NCBI GenBank assembly: GCA_051294375.1
Contig: JBJCIZ010000132.1
Coordinates: forward strand, 1-18,624
Source of the DNA: Paraspadella gotoi
Lineage: Eukaryota > Animalia > Chaetognatha
Length of the DNA: 18,624 bases
Direction of reading: 5' to 3'
The translations under genes were made by a program, and so were the position numbers. Of this stretch, positions 1 through 12,789 are shown piece after piece (positions within the stretch are counted from its first letter, which is position 1; the number at the start of each line of letters is the position of its first letter). The notes under the pieces are model-generated. The model searched no databases. It worked only from the letters and a program-made list of their open reading frames with translations, and had not been told where the DNA came from.

Positions 1-3000
1 AAAGCTACATAAAATTAAAAGAGAAAAGAAGAGAAGGAGACATAAAATAAAAGAGAGGAAAATTTTTTTTGTTTTGATAAAAAGATATTTAATAACTGTC
101 CTCACCCATTTTTAACAACCTCGATGATGTTATTTGCAGAAGTATTTAACGTTTTTTATTTCTTTTTTCTTTGAAAATATCGTTTTCCGGTGTTTTAGAA
201 ATTTTTTATCTCTTTTACATTGGAAAAAGCGTTTTTCTCGTTTTTAAAGTTGTTATCTCTTTGGAAATATCGTCTGCCGGTGTAATTTAACGTTTTTTAT
301 ATCACTTTTTACTTAGAAAAGTGGTTTATCGGTGTTTTTTAACTCTTTTTACATGGAAAAAGCGTTTGCCGTTTTTTTAAGTTTTTATTTCTTTTACAAT
401 GGAAAAAATCGTTTTCTGTTATTTTTAAAGTTTTTCATAGCTTTTTACAGATAAAAAGTCGTTTTCTGGTGTATTAACGTTTTTATCTTGAGAGTGAGAG
501 AAAGCTACATAAAATAGAGAAAAGAGAGAGAGAAGGAGACATAAAAGATAAAAGAGAGGAAATTTTTTGTTTTGATAAAAAGATATTTATATAACTATAC
601 TCACCCAATTTTTAACAACCTCGATGATGTTATTTGCAGAAGTATTTACGTTTTTATTTTTTTTCTTGAAAATATTCGTTTTCCCGTGTTTCTAGAAATT
701 TTTTATCTCTTTTTACATTGGAAAATGCGTTTTTCTTAGTTTTTTAAAGTGTTATCTCTTTGGAAATATCGTCTGCCGCTGTATTAACGTTTTTATCACT
801 TTTTACTTTAGAAAAGTCGTTCTATCGGTGTTTTTTTTAACTCTTTTTACATTGGATAACATAACGTTTGCCGTTTTTTCTTTCTTAAGTTCTTTATTTC
901 TTTTTACATAGGAAAAAATCGTTTTCTGTTATTTTTAAAAGTTTTCAATATCTTTTTTACACGAGATAAAAGTCGTTTTCTGGGTATTTAACGTTTTATT
1001 CTATTGAGAGTGACGAGAACAGCTACATAAATTAAAGAGAAAAGAGAGAGACGAAGGAGACATAAAAATAAAAAAAGAAATTTGTTTGTTTTGATAAAAA
1101 GATATTTAATAACTGTCCTCACCCAATTTTAACAACCTCGATGATGTTATTTGCAGAAGTATTTTAGTTTTTTATTTCTTTTTTCTTTGAAAATATCGTT
1201 TTCCCGTGTTTTAGAAATTTTTCTATCTCTTTTTACATTGGAAAAAGCGTTTTTCTTTGTTTTTAAAGGTTATCTCTTTGAACTATCGTCTGGCCGGTGT
1301 ATTTAACGTTTTTATTACTTTTTACTTTAGAAAAGTCGTTTATCGTATTTTTAACTCTTTTTACATTGGAAAAAACGTTGCCCGTTTTTTTTTTAAAAGT
1401 TTTTATTTCTTTTTTACATTGGAAAAAATCGTTTTCTGTTATTTTTAAAGTTTTCATATCTTTTTACAGAGAAAAGTCTTTTTCTGGTGTACTTTAACGT
1501 TTTTATCTATTGAGAAGTGAGAGAAGCCACATAAAATTAAAGAGGAAAAGAGAAGAGAGAAGGAGACATAAAAATAAAGAGGGAAATTTGTTTTGTTTTG
1601 ATAATAAGATATTTAAATAACTGTTCCTCACCACAATTTTAAGCAAACCTTTCGTAATGGATGTTATTTGCGAAAGTATTTAGACGTTTTTATTTCTTTT
1701 TTTCTTTGAAAATATCGTTTTCGCCCCCGCTGTTTTAAGGAAATTTTTTATCTCTTTTTACATTGGAAAAAGCGTTTTTCTTTGTTTTTAAAAGTTGTTA
1801 TCTCTTTGGAAATATCGTCTGCCGGTGTATTTAACGTTTTTTACTTTTTACTTTAGAAATAGTCGTTTATTCGTGTTTTTTTAACTCTTTTTTACATTGG
1901 AAAAAACGTTTGCCGTTTTTTTTTTAAGTTTTTATTTCTTTTTACATTGGAAAAAATCGTTTTCTTTATTTTTAGTTTTCAATATCTTTTTACAAGAGAA
2001 AGTCCGTTTTCTTGGTGTTTAACGTTTTTATCTATTGAGAGTGAGAGAAAGCTACATAAAATTAAACAGAGAAAAGAGAGAGAGAAGGAGACATAGAAAT
2101 AAAAGAGAGGAAATTTGTTTGTTTTGGATAAGACGTATTAAAAAGATATTTTAATAACTGTCGCCTTCCCAATTTTAACAACTCTCGTATGATGTTATTT
2201 GCAGAAGTATTTAACGTTTTTATTTATTTTTTTTGAAAATATCGTTTTCCGGTGTTTTAAGGAAATTTTTTTCTCTTTTTTACATTGGAAAAAAGCGTTT
2301 TTCTCTGTTTTTAAAAAGTTGTTATCTCTTTTGGAAATAGTCGTCTGCGCGTGTAATTTAACGTTTTTATCACTTTTACTTTAGAAAAGTCGCTTTATCG
2401 TGTTTTTTAAGCTCTTTTTACATTGAATAAATCGTTTTCCGGGTTTTTTTAAAGTTTTTATTTCTTTTTACAATGGAAAAAATGTTTTCTGTATTTTTAA
2501 AGTTTTTCATAGCTTTTTTACAGATAAAAAAGTCGTTTTCTGTGTATTTAAACGTTTTTATCTAATAAGAGAGTGAAGGAGATAAGATAGCTTAAAATTA
2601 AAGAGAAAAGAAGAGAGAGAAGGAGACATAAAAATAAAAGAGAGGAAATTTTTTGTTTTGATAAAAAGAGTATTTAATAACTGTACTCACGCAATTTTAA
2701 ACAAACCTCGATTTATGTTATTTGCGAAGTAATTTAACGTTTTTATTTCTTTTTTCTTTGAAAATATCGTTTCGGCGGTGTTTTAGAAATTTTTTATCTC
2801 TTTTTAGTCAATGGAAATTGCGTTTTTCTAAGTTTTTAATGTTGTGTATCTCTTTGGAAATATCGTCTGCCGCTGTATTTTAACGTTTTTTTATCACTTT
2901 TTTAGCTTTAGAAAAGTCGTTTATCGGTGTTTTTTACTCTTTTTACATGATAAAAAACGTTTGCCGTTTTGTCTTTTTTAAGTTTTTTATTTCTTTTTAC

Positions 3001-6000
3001 ATTGAAAAAAATCGTTTTTCTGTTATTTTTTAAAGTTTTAATATCTTTTACTGAGAAAAAGTCGTTTTTCTGGTGTATTTATACGTTTTTATCTTTTGAG
3101 AGTGAGATGAAAAGCTACATAAAATTAAGAGAAAAGAGAGAGAAGGAGACATAAAAATAAAAGAGAGGAAATTTGTTTTGTTTTTGATAAAAAGTCATAT
3201 TTAATAACTGTCCTCGCCCAAATTTTAACAACCTCGTGATGTTATTTGCAGAAGTAATTTACGTTTTTATTTCTTTTTTCTTTGAAATATTCGTTTTCCG
3301 GTGTTTTAGAAATTTTTTTATCTTCTTTTTACTTGGAAAAAGCGTTTTTCTTGTTTTTTAAAGTTCTTGTTATCTCTTTGGATAATATCGTCTGCCGGTG
3401 TATTTAACGTTTTTATTACTTTTTACTTAGAAAAGTCGTTATTCGGTGGTTTTTTAACTCTTTTACATTGGAAATGGTTTGGCCGTTTTTTTTAAAGTTT
3501 TTAAATTTCTTTTTTACATTGGAAAAATCGTTTTCTGTTATTTTTTAAAGTTTTCATATCTTTTTACAAAGAAAAAGTCGTTTTCTGTGTATTTAACCTT
3601 TTTATCTATTGAGAGTGAGAGAAAGCTACATAAATTAAGGGAAAAGAGGAGAGAAGGAAGACATAAAATAAAGAGAGGAAATTTGTTTTGTTTGAATAAA
3701 CGTAATTAAAAGATATTTAAATAACTGTCGCTAACCCAATCTTTAACACCTCGATGATGTTAATTTGCAGAGTATTTTAAACGTTTTTATTTCTTTTCTC
3801 TTTGAAAAAATATCGGTTTTCGGTGTTTTAGTAAATTTTTATCATCTTTTACATTGGAAAAAGCGTTTTTCTTTGTTTTTAAAAGTTGTTATCTCTTTGG
3901 AAGAATATCGCTGCCGGTGTATTTAACGTTTTTATTACTTTTTATTTTAGAAAAGTCCGTTTATCAGGTGTATTTTTAACTCTTTTTACATTGGGAAAAA
4001 ACGTTTGCCGTTTTTTTTTTTAAGTTTTTTTTTTCTTTTTACATTGGAAAAATCGTTTTCTGTTATTTTTAAAAGTTTTCATATCTTTTTAAGAAGAGGG
4101 AAAAAGTCGTTTCTGGTGTATTTAAGCGTTTTTATCTATGAGAGTGAGAGAAAGCTATAATAAAATTAAAGGAGTAAAAGAGAGAGAAGGAGACATAAAA
4201 ATAAAGAGAGAGGAAATTTGTTTGTTTTGATAAAAAGATATTTAATAACTGTCCTCACCCAATTTTAACAACCTCGATGATGTTATTTGGCGAAGTTTAA
4301 AACGTTTTTATTTCTTTTTTCTTTAAAAATATCGTTTTCCGGTGTTTTAGAAATTTTTTATTTCTTTTTACATTGGAAAAGCGTTTTTCTTTGTTTTTAA
4401 AGTTTGTGTTATCTCTTTGGGAAATAGCAGTCTGCCGCTGTATTGTAACGTTTAATCACTTTTTACTTTAGAAAAGTGTTTAATCGGTGTTTTTTTAAAT
4501 CTTTTTACATTGGGAAAAAACGTTTTGCCGTTTTTTTTTTTAATAGTTTTTATTTCTTTTTACATTGAAATGCGTTTTCTGTTATTTTTAAAGTTTTCAT
4601 ATCTTTTAAGAGAAAAGTCGTTTTCTGGTGTATTTAACGTTTTTATTTTTGAGAGTGAGAGAAAGCTAAAAAATTAAAGGCTAAAAGAGAGAGAGAAGGA
4701 GACATAAAAATAAAAGAGAGGAAAATTTGTCTGTTTTGATAAAAGATATTTAAATAACTGTCCTCAACCCAATTTTTATACAACCTCGATGATGTTATTT
4801 GCAGAAGTATTTAACGTTTTTTATTTCTTTTTCTTTGAAAAGTATCCGTTTTCCGGTGTTTTTAGGAAATTTTTTATCTCTTTTTACGATTTGGAAAAAG
4901 CGTTTTTTCGGCCAGATTGGTTTTTAAAAGTTGTTATCTCTTTGGAAATATCGTCTGCGGTGTATTTAACGTTTTTATTAACTTTTTACTTTAGAAAAAG
5001 TCGTTTATCGGTTTTTTTTTAATGCTCTTTTACATTGAAAAAACGTTTGCCGTTTTTTTTTAAGTTTTAATTTCTTTTTACAATTGGAAAAATCGTTTTC
5101 TGTTTTTTTTTAAGTTTCATATCCTTTTTACAGAGAAAAGTCGTTTTCTGGTGTATTTAACGTTTTTATCTATGAGAGTGAGAGAAAGCTACATAAAATT
5201 AAAGAGAAAGAGAGGAGAAGGAGACATAAAATTAAAAGAGAGAAATTTTTTTTGTTTTGATAAAAAGATATTTTAATAACTGTCCTCACGCCAATTTTAA
5301 CACTCGATGATGTTATTGGCAGAAGTATTTAACCGTTTTTATTTATTTTTTTTTTAAAATATCGTTTTCCGGTGTTTTAGAAATTTTTTTTCTTTTTGAC
5401 ATTGGAAAAAGCGTTTTTCTTTGTTTTTAAAAGTTTTAATCTCTTTGGAAATATAGTCTGCCGCTGTATTTAACGTTTTTATCACTTTTTACTTTAGAAA
5501 AAGTCGTTTTATCGGTGTTTTTTAACTCTTTTTACTGGAAAAATCGTTTTGCAACGGTTTTTTTTAAAGTTTTTATTTCTTTTTACAACGGAAAAAATCG
5601 TTTTCTGTATTTTTAAAGTTTTCAAATATCTTTTTAGCAGAGAAAAAGTCGTTTCCTGGTGTTTAACGTTTTTTATCTTTTGAGAGTGAGAAAGAAAAAG
5701 GCTTACAAAAATTAAAGAGAAAGAAGAGAGAGAAGGAGACATAAAAATAAAAGAGAGGAAATTTGGTTTGTTTTTGATTAAAAAAGATAATTAATAACTG
5801 TCCTCACCCAATTTTTAACAACCTCGATGATGTTATTTGGCAGAAGTATTTAACGTTTTTATTTCCTTTTGTCTTTGAAAAAATCGTTTTCGCCGGTGTT
5901 TTAGAAATTTTTTATCTGCTTTTACATTCGGAAAAAAGCGTTTTTCTTTGTTTTTAAAGTTGTTATCTCTTTGGAAATATCGTCTGCCGGTGTATTAACG

Positions 6001-9000
6001 GTTTTTATTAGCTTTTTACTTAGAAAAGTCGTTTATCGGTGTTTTTTAACTCTTTTTACATTGGAAAAAACGTTTGCCGTTTTTTTTTAAGTAATTTATT
6101 TCTTTTTACATTGGAAAAAGATCGTTTTTTCCTCCCTTCCTCCCCCCCCCCGCTTGTTTTTTTTTAAGTTTTCATATCTTTTTTTACAGAGAAAATGTCG
6201 TTTTCTGGTGTAATTTAACGTTTTTATATCTATTGAGAGTGAGAGAAAGCTAGCATTAAATTAAAGAGAAAGAGAGTGAGAAGACATAAATAAAAGAGAG
6301 GAAATTTTTTTTGTTTTATTAAAAGATATTTGAATAAACTGTCCTCACGCCAATTTTAACAACCGGCTCGATGATTGTTATTTGCAGAAGTAATTTAACG
6401 TTTTATTTCTTTTTTCTTTAAAAATATCGTTTTTCCGGTGTTTTAGAAATTTTTTTAAATCTCTTTTTACATTGGAAAAAAGCGTTTTTTCTTTGTTTTT
6501 AAAGTTGTTTATCTCTTGAATATCGTCTGCCGCTGTAATTTAACGTTTTTATTACTTTTTACTTTAGAAGTCGTTTTATCGGTGTTTTTTAAACTCTTTT
6601 TACATTGAAACGTTGCCTTTTTTTTTTAAAAGTTTTATTTCTTTTTAGCATTGGAAAAAATCGTTTTTCTGTGTTATTTTTAAGTTTTCATATCTTATTT
6701 TACAGAGAAAAAAGTCCGTTTTCCTGGTGTATTTTACGTTTTTATCTATTGAGAGTGAGAGAAAGCTACATAAAATTAGAGAAAAAGAGAGAGAGAGGAG
6801 ACATAAATAAAAGAGAGGAAATTTGTTGTTTTGATAAAAAGATATTTATAGACTGTCCTCAGCCCAATTTTAACACCTTCGATGTATGTTTATTTGCAGA
6901 AGTATTTAACGTTTTTTTAATTTCTTTTTCTTTGAAAAATATCGTTTTCCGGTGTTTAGAAATTTTTCTATCTCTTTTTACATTGGAAAAAGCGTTTTTT
7001 CTTTGTTTTTAAAAGTTGTTATCTCTTTGGAAATATCGTCTGCCGGTGTATTTAACGTTTTTATTACTTTTTACTTTAGAAAAGTCGATTTATCGGTGTT
7101 TTTAACTCTTTTTACATTGGAAAAAACGTTTGCCGTTTTTTTTTTTTTTAAGTTTTTTAATTTTCTTTTTACATTGGAAAAATCGTTTCTGTTATTTTTA
7201 AAGTTTTCATATCTTTTTACAGAGAAAAGTCGTTTTTCTGTGTATTTAAGCGTTTTATCTATTGAGAGTGAGAGAAAGCTACATAAAAATTAAAGAGTAA
7301 AAGAGAGAGAGAAGGAGAACATAAAAAATAAAAGAGAGGAAATTTGTTTGTTTTGATAAACACGTATTCAAAAAGATATTTTAAATAACTGTCCTTACCC
7401 CAATTTAACACCTCGATGATGTTATTTGCAGAAGTAATTTACGTTTTTAATTTTTTTTTCTTTGAAATATCGTTTTCCGCGTGTAATTAGAAATTTTTAT
7501 ATCTTTTTACATGGAAATAAGCGTTTTTCCTCTGTTTTAAAGTTGTTATCTCTTTTGGAAATATCGTCTGCCGGTGTAATTTAACGTTTTTTATCACTTT
7601 TTACTTTAAGAAAAGTCGTTTATTCGGTGTTTTTTTAACTCTTTTTACAGGAAAAATCGTTGCCGGTTTTTTTAAAGTTTTTGAATTTCTTTTTACTAAC
7701 GGAAAAAATCGTTTTCTGTTATTTTTAATTTCAACTAATGCTTTTACAGATAAAAGTCGTTTTCTGGTGTATTTAACGTTTTTATCTATGAGAAGTGAGA
7801 GGAAAGCTACATAAAATTAAAGAGAAAAGAGAGAGAGAAGGAGACATAAAAATAAAAGAAGGAAATTTGTTTGTTTTGATAAAAAGATATTTAATAACTG
7901 TCACTCACCCAATTTTAACAACCTCGATGAATGTTATATTGGCAGAAAGTATTTAACGTTTTTTTATTTCTTTTTTCTTTGACAAATATCGTTTTCGCGG
8001 TGTTTTAGAATTTTTTATCTCTTTTTACATTGGAAAAAGCGTTTTTTCTTTGTTTTTAAAGTTTGTTTATCTCTTTGGAAATATCGTCTGCCGGTGTATT
8101 TATCGTTTTTATTACTTTTTACTTTGATAAAGTCGTTTTCGGTGTTTTTTTAACTAATTTTTAAACATTTTGGAAATACGTTTGCCGTTTTTTTTTTTAA
8201 AGTATTTTATTTCTTTTTTACATTGGAAAAAATAGTTTTCTGTTATTTTAAGTTTCATATCTTTTTACAGAGAAAAAGTCGTTTTCTGGTGTATTTAACG
8301 TTTTATCTTTTGAGAGTGAGAGGAAGCTACATAAAATTAAAGAGAAAAGAAGAGAGTAGAAGGGACATAAATAAAAAAGAGAGGAAATTTGTTTGTTTTG
8401 ATAAAAAAGATATTTAATAACTGGTCCTCCCCAATTTTAACAACCTCGATGATGTTATTTGCAGAAAGTATTTAACGTTTTTTTTCTTTTTCTTTGAAAT
8501 AATCGTTTTCCGGTGTTTTAGAAATTTTTTTATTCTCTTTTTTACCAATTGGAAAAAGCGTTTCTTTGTTTTTAAGGAGTTGTTACTCTTAGGAAATATC
8601 GTCTGGCCAGTGTTATTTAACGTTTTTTATTACTTTTTAACTTTAAAGAAAAGTCGTTTATCGGTGTTTTTTAACTCTTTTTTAACATTGGAAAAAAACG
8701 TTTGCCGTTTTTTTTTAAAAGTTTTTATTTTTTTTTAGCAATGGAAAAATCGTTTTCTGTTATTTTAAAGTTTCATATCTTTTTTACAGATAAAAAGTCT
8801 TTTGCCTGGTGTATTTAAACGTTTTTATTCTATTAGAGTGAGAGAAAGCTACATAAAATTAAAGAGAAATAGAGAGAGAGAGGAGACATAAAAAATAGAA
8901 AAGAGGAAATTTGTGTTGTTTTGATTAAAAAGATATTTATTAACTGTAACTCCACCCAATTTTAACAAACCTCCGATGATGATATTTGCAGAGTATTTAA

Positions 9001-12000
9001 CGTTTTTAATTTCTTTTTTCTTTAAAAATTCGTTTTCCGGTTGGTTTTTAGAAATTTTTTTATCTTTTTAGCATTGAAAAAAGCGTTTTTTCTTTGCTTT
9101 GTAAAGTTGTTAAATCTCTTTGATAAATATCGTCTGCCGCTGTATTTAACGTTTTTATCAACTTTTTACTTTAGAAAAGTCGTTTTATCGGTGTTTTTTG
9201 AACTCCTTTTTACATTGAAAAATCGTTTGCCGGTTTTTTTAAAAGTTTTTAATGTTCTTTTTAACACTTGGAAAAAATAGTTTTTTTGTTATTTTTTCAA
9301 GTTTTCAAAAATATCATTTTGCAGAGAAAAAGTCGGTTTTCTGTGTATTTAACGTTTTTTATCTAATCTGAGAGTGAGAGAAAGCCTACTTAAAAATTAA
9401 TGAGAAAAGAGAGAGAGAAAGAGACATAAAAATAAAAGAGAGTAATAAGAAATTTTGTTGTTTTGATTAAACGTAATAAAAAGATATTTAATAACTGTCC
9501 TTACCCAATTTTAAACAATCCTCGAGATGTATTTGCAGAAGTTATTTAACGTTTTATTTCTTTTTTCTTTGAAAATTTTCGTTTCGCGGTGTTTTTAGAA
9601 ATTTTTTATCTCTTTTTACATGGAAAAAGCGTTTTTAATCTGTTTTTAAAGTTGTTATCTCTTTGGAAATATAGTCTGCCGGTGTATTTAACCGTTTTTA
9701 TCACTTTTAACTTAGAAAAAGTCGTTTATCGGTGTTTTTAACCTCTTTTTACATTGGAAATCGTTTGGAACGGATTTTTTTAAAGTTCTTATTTCTTTTT
9801 AGCAATGGAAAAAATCGTTTTCTGTTATTTTTAATAGTTTTCATATCTTTTTAGCAAGAGAAAAGTCGTTGTTTCTGGGTGTATTTGACGTTTTATCTAT
9901 TGAGGTGAGAGATAAGCTACAAATAAATAATTAAAGAGAAAAGAGAGAGAAGAAGGAGACATAAAAATAAAAGTTAGAGGCAAATTTGTTGTTTTGATAA
10001 AACGTATTAAAAAGATATTTTAATAACTGTCCTTAACCCATTTTAACAACCTCGATGAATTGTTATTTGACAGAAGTATTTAACGTTTTTTTTTTCTTTT
10101 TCTTTGAAAATATCGTTTTCCGGTGTTTAAGAAAAATTTTTTTATCTCTATTTTACATTGGAAAAAGGCGTTTTTCTCTGTTTTTAAAAGTTGTTTATCT
10201 CTTTGGAAATAACGTCTGCCGGTGTATTTAACGTTTTTTATTCACTTTTTACTTATAGAAAAGTGCGTTTATCGGTGTTTTTTAACTCTTTTTACATTGG
10301 AAAAATCGTTTGCCGGTTTTTTTTAAGTTTTTATTTCTTTTACAATGGAAAAAATCGTTTTCTGTTATTTTTAAAGTTTTCATATCTTTTTACAGATAAA
10401 AAGTCGTTTCTGGTGTATTTAACGTTTTTTATCTATTGAGAGTGAGAGAAAAGCTACATAAAATTAAAGAGAAAGAGAGAGAGAAGGAGACAATAAAATA
10501 AAAGAGAGGAAATTTGTTGTTTTGATAAAAGATATTTAAATAAACTGTACTCACCCAATTTTAACACCTCGATGATGTTTTTTGCAGAAGCATTTAACGT
10601 TTTTATTTCTTTTTTCTTTGAAAATACGTTTTCCGGTGTTTTAGAAATTTTTTATCTCTTTTTTACATTGGAAAAAGTGTTTTCTTTGTTTTTAAAAGTT
10701 GTTATCTCTTTGGAAATATCGTCTGCTGGTGTATTTAACGTTTTTATCACTTTTTACCTTAGAAAAGTCGTTTATCGGTGTTTTTTACTCTTTTTACATA
10801 TGAAAAAATCGTTTGCCGGTTTTTTTAGTTTTTATTTTTTTACATTGGAAAAAATCGTTTTATGTTATTTTTAAGTTTTTCATATCTTTTTTTACCGAGA
10901 AAAAGTCGTTTTTCTTGGTGTATTTAAAAGTTTTTATCTATTGAGAGTGAGAGAAAGCACATAAATTAAGAGAAAAGAGAGAGAGAAGGGACATAAAAAT
11001 AAAAGAGAGGAAATTTGTTTGTTTTGATAAAAAGATATTTAATAAGTGTCCTCACCCAATTTTAACACCTCGATGATGTTATTTGCAGAATATTTAACGT
11101 TTTTATTTTCTTTTTCTTTAAAAATATCGTTTTCCGGTGTTTTAGAAATTTTTTATCTCTTTTTACGATTGAAAGAAAAAAAGCGTTTTCTTGTTTTAAA
11201 GTTGTTATCTCTTTGGAATATATCGTCTGCCGTGTATTTTAACGTTTTTATTACTTTTTACTTTAGAAAAGTCGTTTTATCGGTGTTTTTTTTAACTCTT
11301 TTTTACATTTGGAAAAAACGTTTGCGTTTTTTTTTTTTAAAGTTTTTATTTCTTTTTACATTGGAAAAAATCGTTTTTGTATTTTTAAGTTTTCATATCT
11401 TTTACAGAGAAAAATCGTTTTTCTGTGTATTTAACGTTTTTATCTATGAGAGTGGAGAAAGCTACATAATAATTAAAGAGAAAAAGAGAGAGAAGGAGAC
11501 ATAAAAATAAAAGAGAGGAAATTTGTTTGTTTTGATAAAAAGATATTTATAACTGTCCTCACCCAATTTTATAACAACCTCGATGATGTTATTTGCAGAA
11601 GTTATTTAACGTTTTTATTTCTTTTTCTTTAAAAAATCGTTTTCCGTTGTTTTTTAGAAATTTTTTATCTCTTTTTACATTGGAAAAAAGCGTTTTCTTT
11701 GTTTTTAAAGTTGTTATCTCTTTGAAATATCGTTGCCGGTGTTATTTAACGTTTTATTATTTTTACTTTAGAAAAAGCGTTTATCGGTGTTTTTAACTCT
11801 TTTACATTGGAAAAAAACGTTTGCCGTTTTTTTTTTTTTTAAGTTTTTATTTCTTTTACATTGGAAAAAATCGTTTTCTGTTATTTTTTAAAAGTTTTCA
11901 TATCTTTTTTAGAGAAAAAGTCGTTTTCTGGTGTATTTAACGTTTTTATCTATTGAGATGAGAGAAAGCTACATAAAATTAAGAAGAAAAGAGAGAGAGA

Positions 12001-12746
12001 AGGAGACATAAAAATAAAATAGAGGAAATTTGTTTGTTTTGATAAAAGATATTTAATAACTGTCCGCTCACCCATTTTAACAACCTCGATGATGTTTATT
12101 TGCAGAAGTATTTAACGTTTTTTATTCTTTTTTCTTTGAAAATATCGTTTTCCGTGTTTTAGAAATTTTTTATCTCTTTTTACATTGGAAAAAGCGTTTA
12201 TCTTTGTTTTTTTTAAAGTTGTTATCTTTTGGAAATATCGTCTGCCGGTGTATTTAACGTTTTTAATACTTTTTACTTTAGAAAAGTCGTTTAACGGTTT
12301 TTTTTTAACTCTTTTTACATTGGAAAAACGTTTGCCTTTTTTTTTTAGTTTTATTTCTTTTTACATTAGAAACAAATCGTTTTCTGTTATTTTTAAGTTT
12401 TCATATCTTTTTACAGAGAAAAAGTCGTTTTCTGTTGTATTTTAACGTTTTTATCTTTGAGATGAGAGAAAGCTACATAAAATTAAAGAGAAAAGAGAGA
12501 GAGAAGGAGACATAAAAACAAAAGAGAGGAAATTTGTTTGTTATAAACGTATTAAAAAGATATTTAATACTGTCCTACCCATTTTAACAACCTCGAATGA
12601 ATGTTATTTGCAGAAGTATTTAACGTTTTTATTTCTTTTTTCTTTGAAAATATCGTTTTCCCGGTGTTTTAGAAATTTTTTATCTCTTTTACATTGGAAA
12701 AAGCGTTAATGTCCTGTTTTAAAAATTGAATACTTTTGGAATATAA
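1..12746. repeat. AT-rich tandem satellite array, about 520-bp monomer, about 24.5 copies, open at the left window edge
   Basis: The anchor CCTCGATGATGTTATTTGCAGAAG (or noisy versions) recurs 25 times, at about 119, 620, 1136, 1650, 2183 and so on to 12084 and 12591, giving a mean period of about 520 bp. All copies are head-to-tail and differ mainly by homopolymer indels. Confidence 0.98.
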
Positions 12747-12789
12747 TGCGGCACCTCAGGGCAGATCAATTCATTTAGGAATTAATCTC

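Noticed and set aside
117-145. Hammerhead ribozyme or box C/D motif in the satellite (CTCGATGATG resembles CUGAUGA)
   Set aside because: The consensus consistently reads CTCGATGA and not CTGANGA. I found no flanking three-stem arrangement with GAAA and NUH, and no CTGA box D.
6128-6155. C-rich burst CCTCCCTTCCTCCCCCCCCCCGC (smaller ones near 1722 and 4909)
   Set aside because: It is present in a single monomer and is typical of long-read insertion noise.
9760-9775. CENP-B-box-like TCGTTTGGAACGGA
   Set aside because: Only a partial match to TTCG-N4-A-N2-CGGG, found in one noisy monomer and absent from the consensus.
1257-12445. About 18 F/L/K-rich ORFs of 61-152 aa in the satellite
   Set aside because: They are by-products of T-rich repeats. 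Frames are not conserved between monomers and there are no recognisable domains.
1-12746. CRISPR-like repeat-spacer array
   Set aside because: The whole monomer repeats with no unique spacers, there are no cas genes, and the context is eukaryotic.
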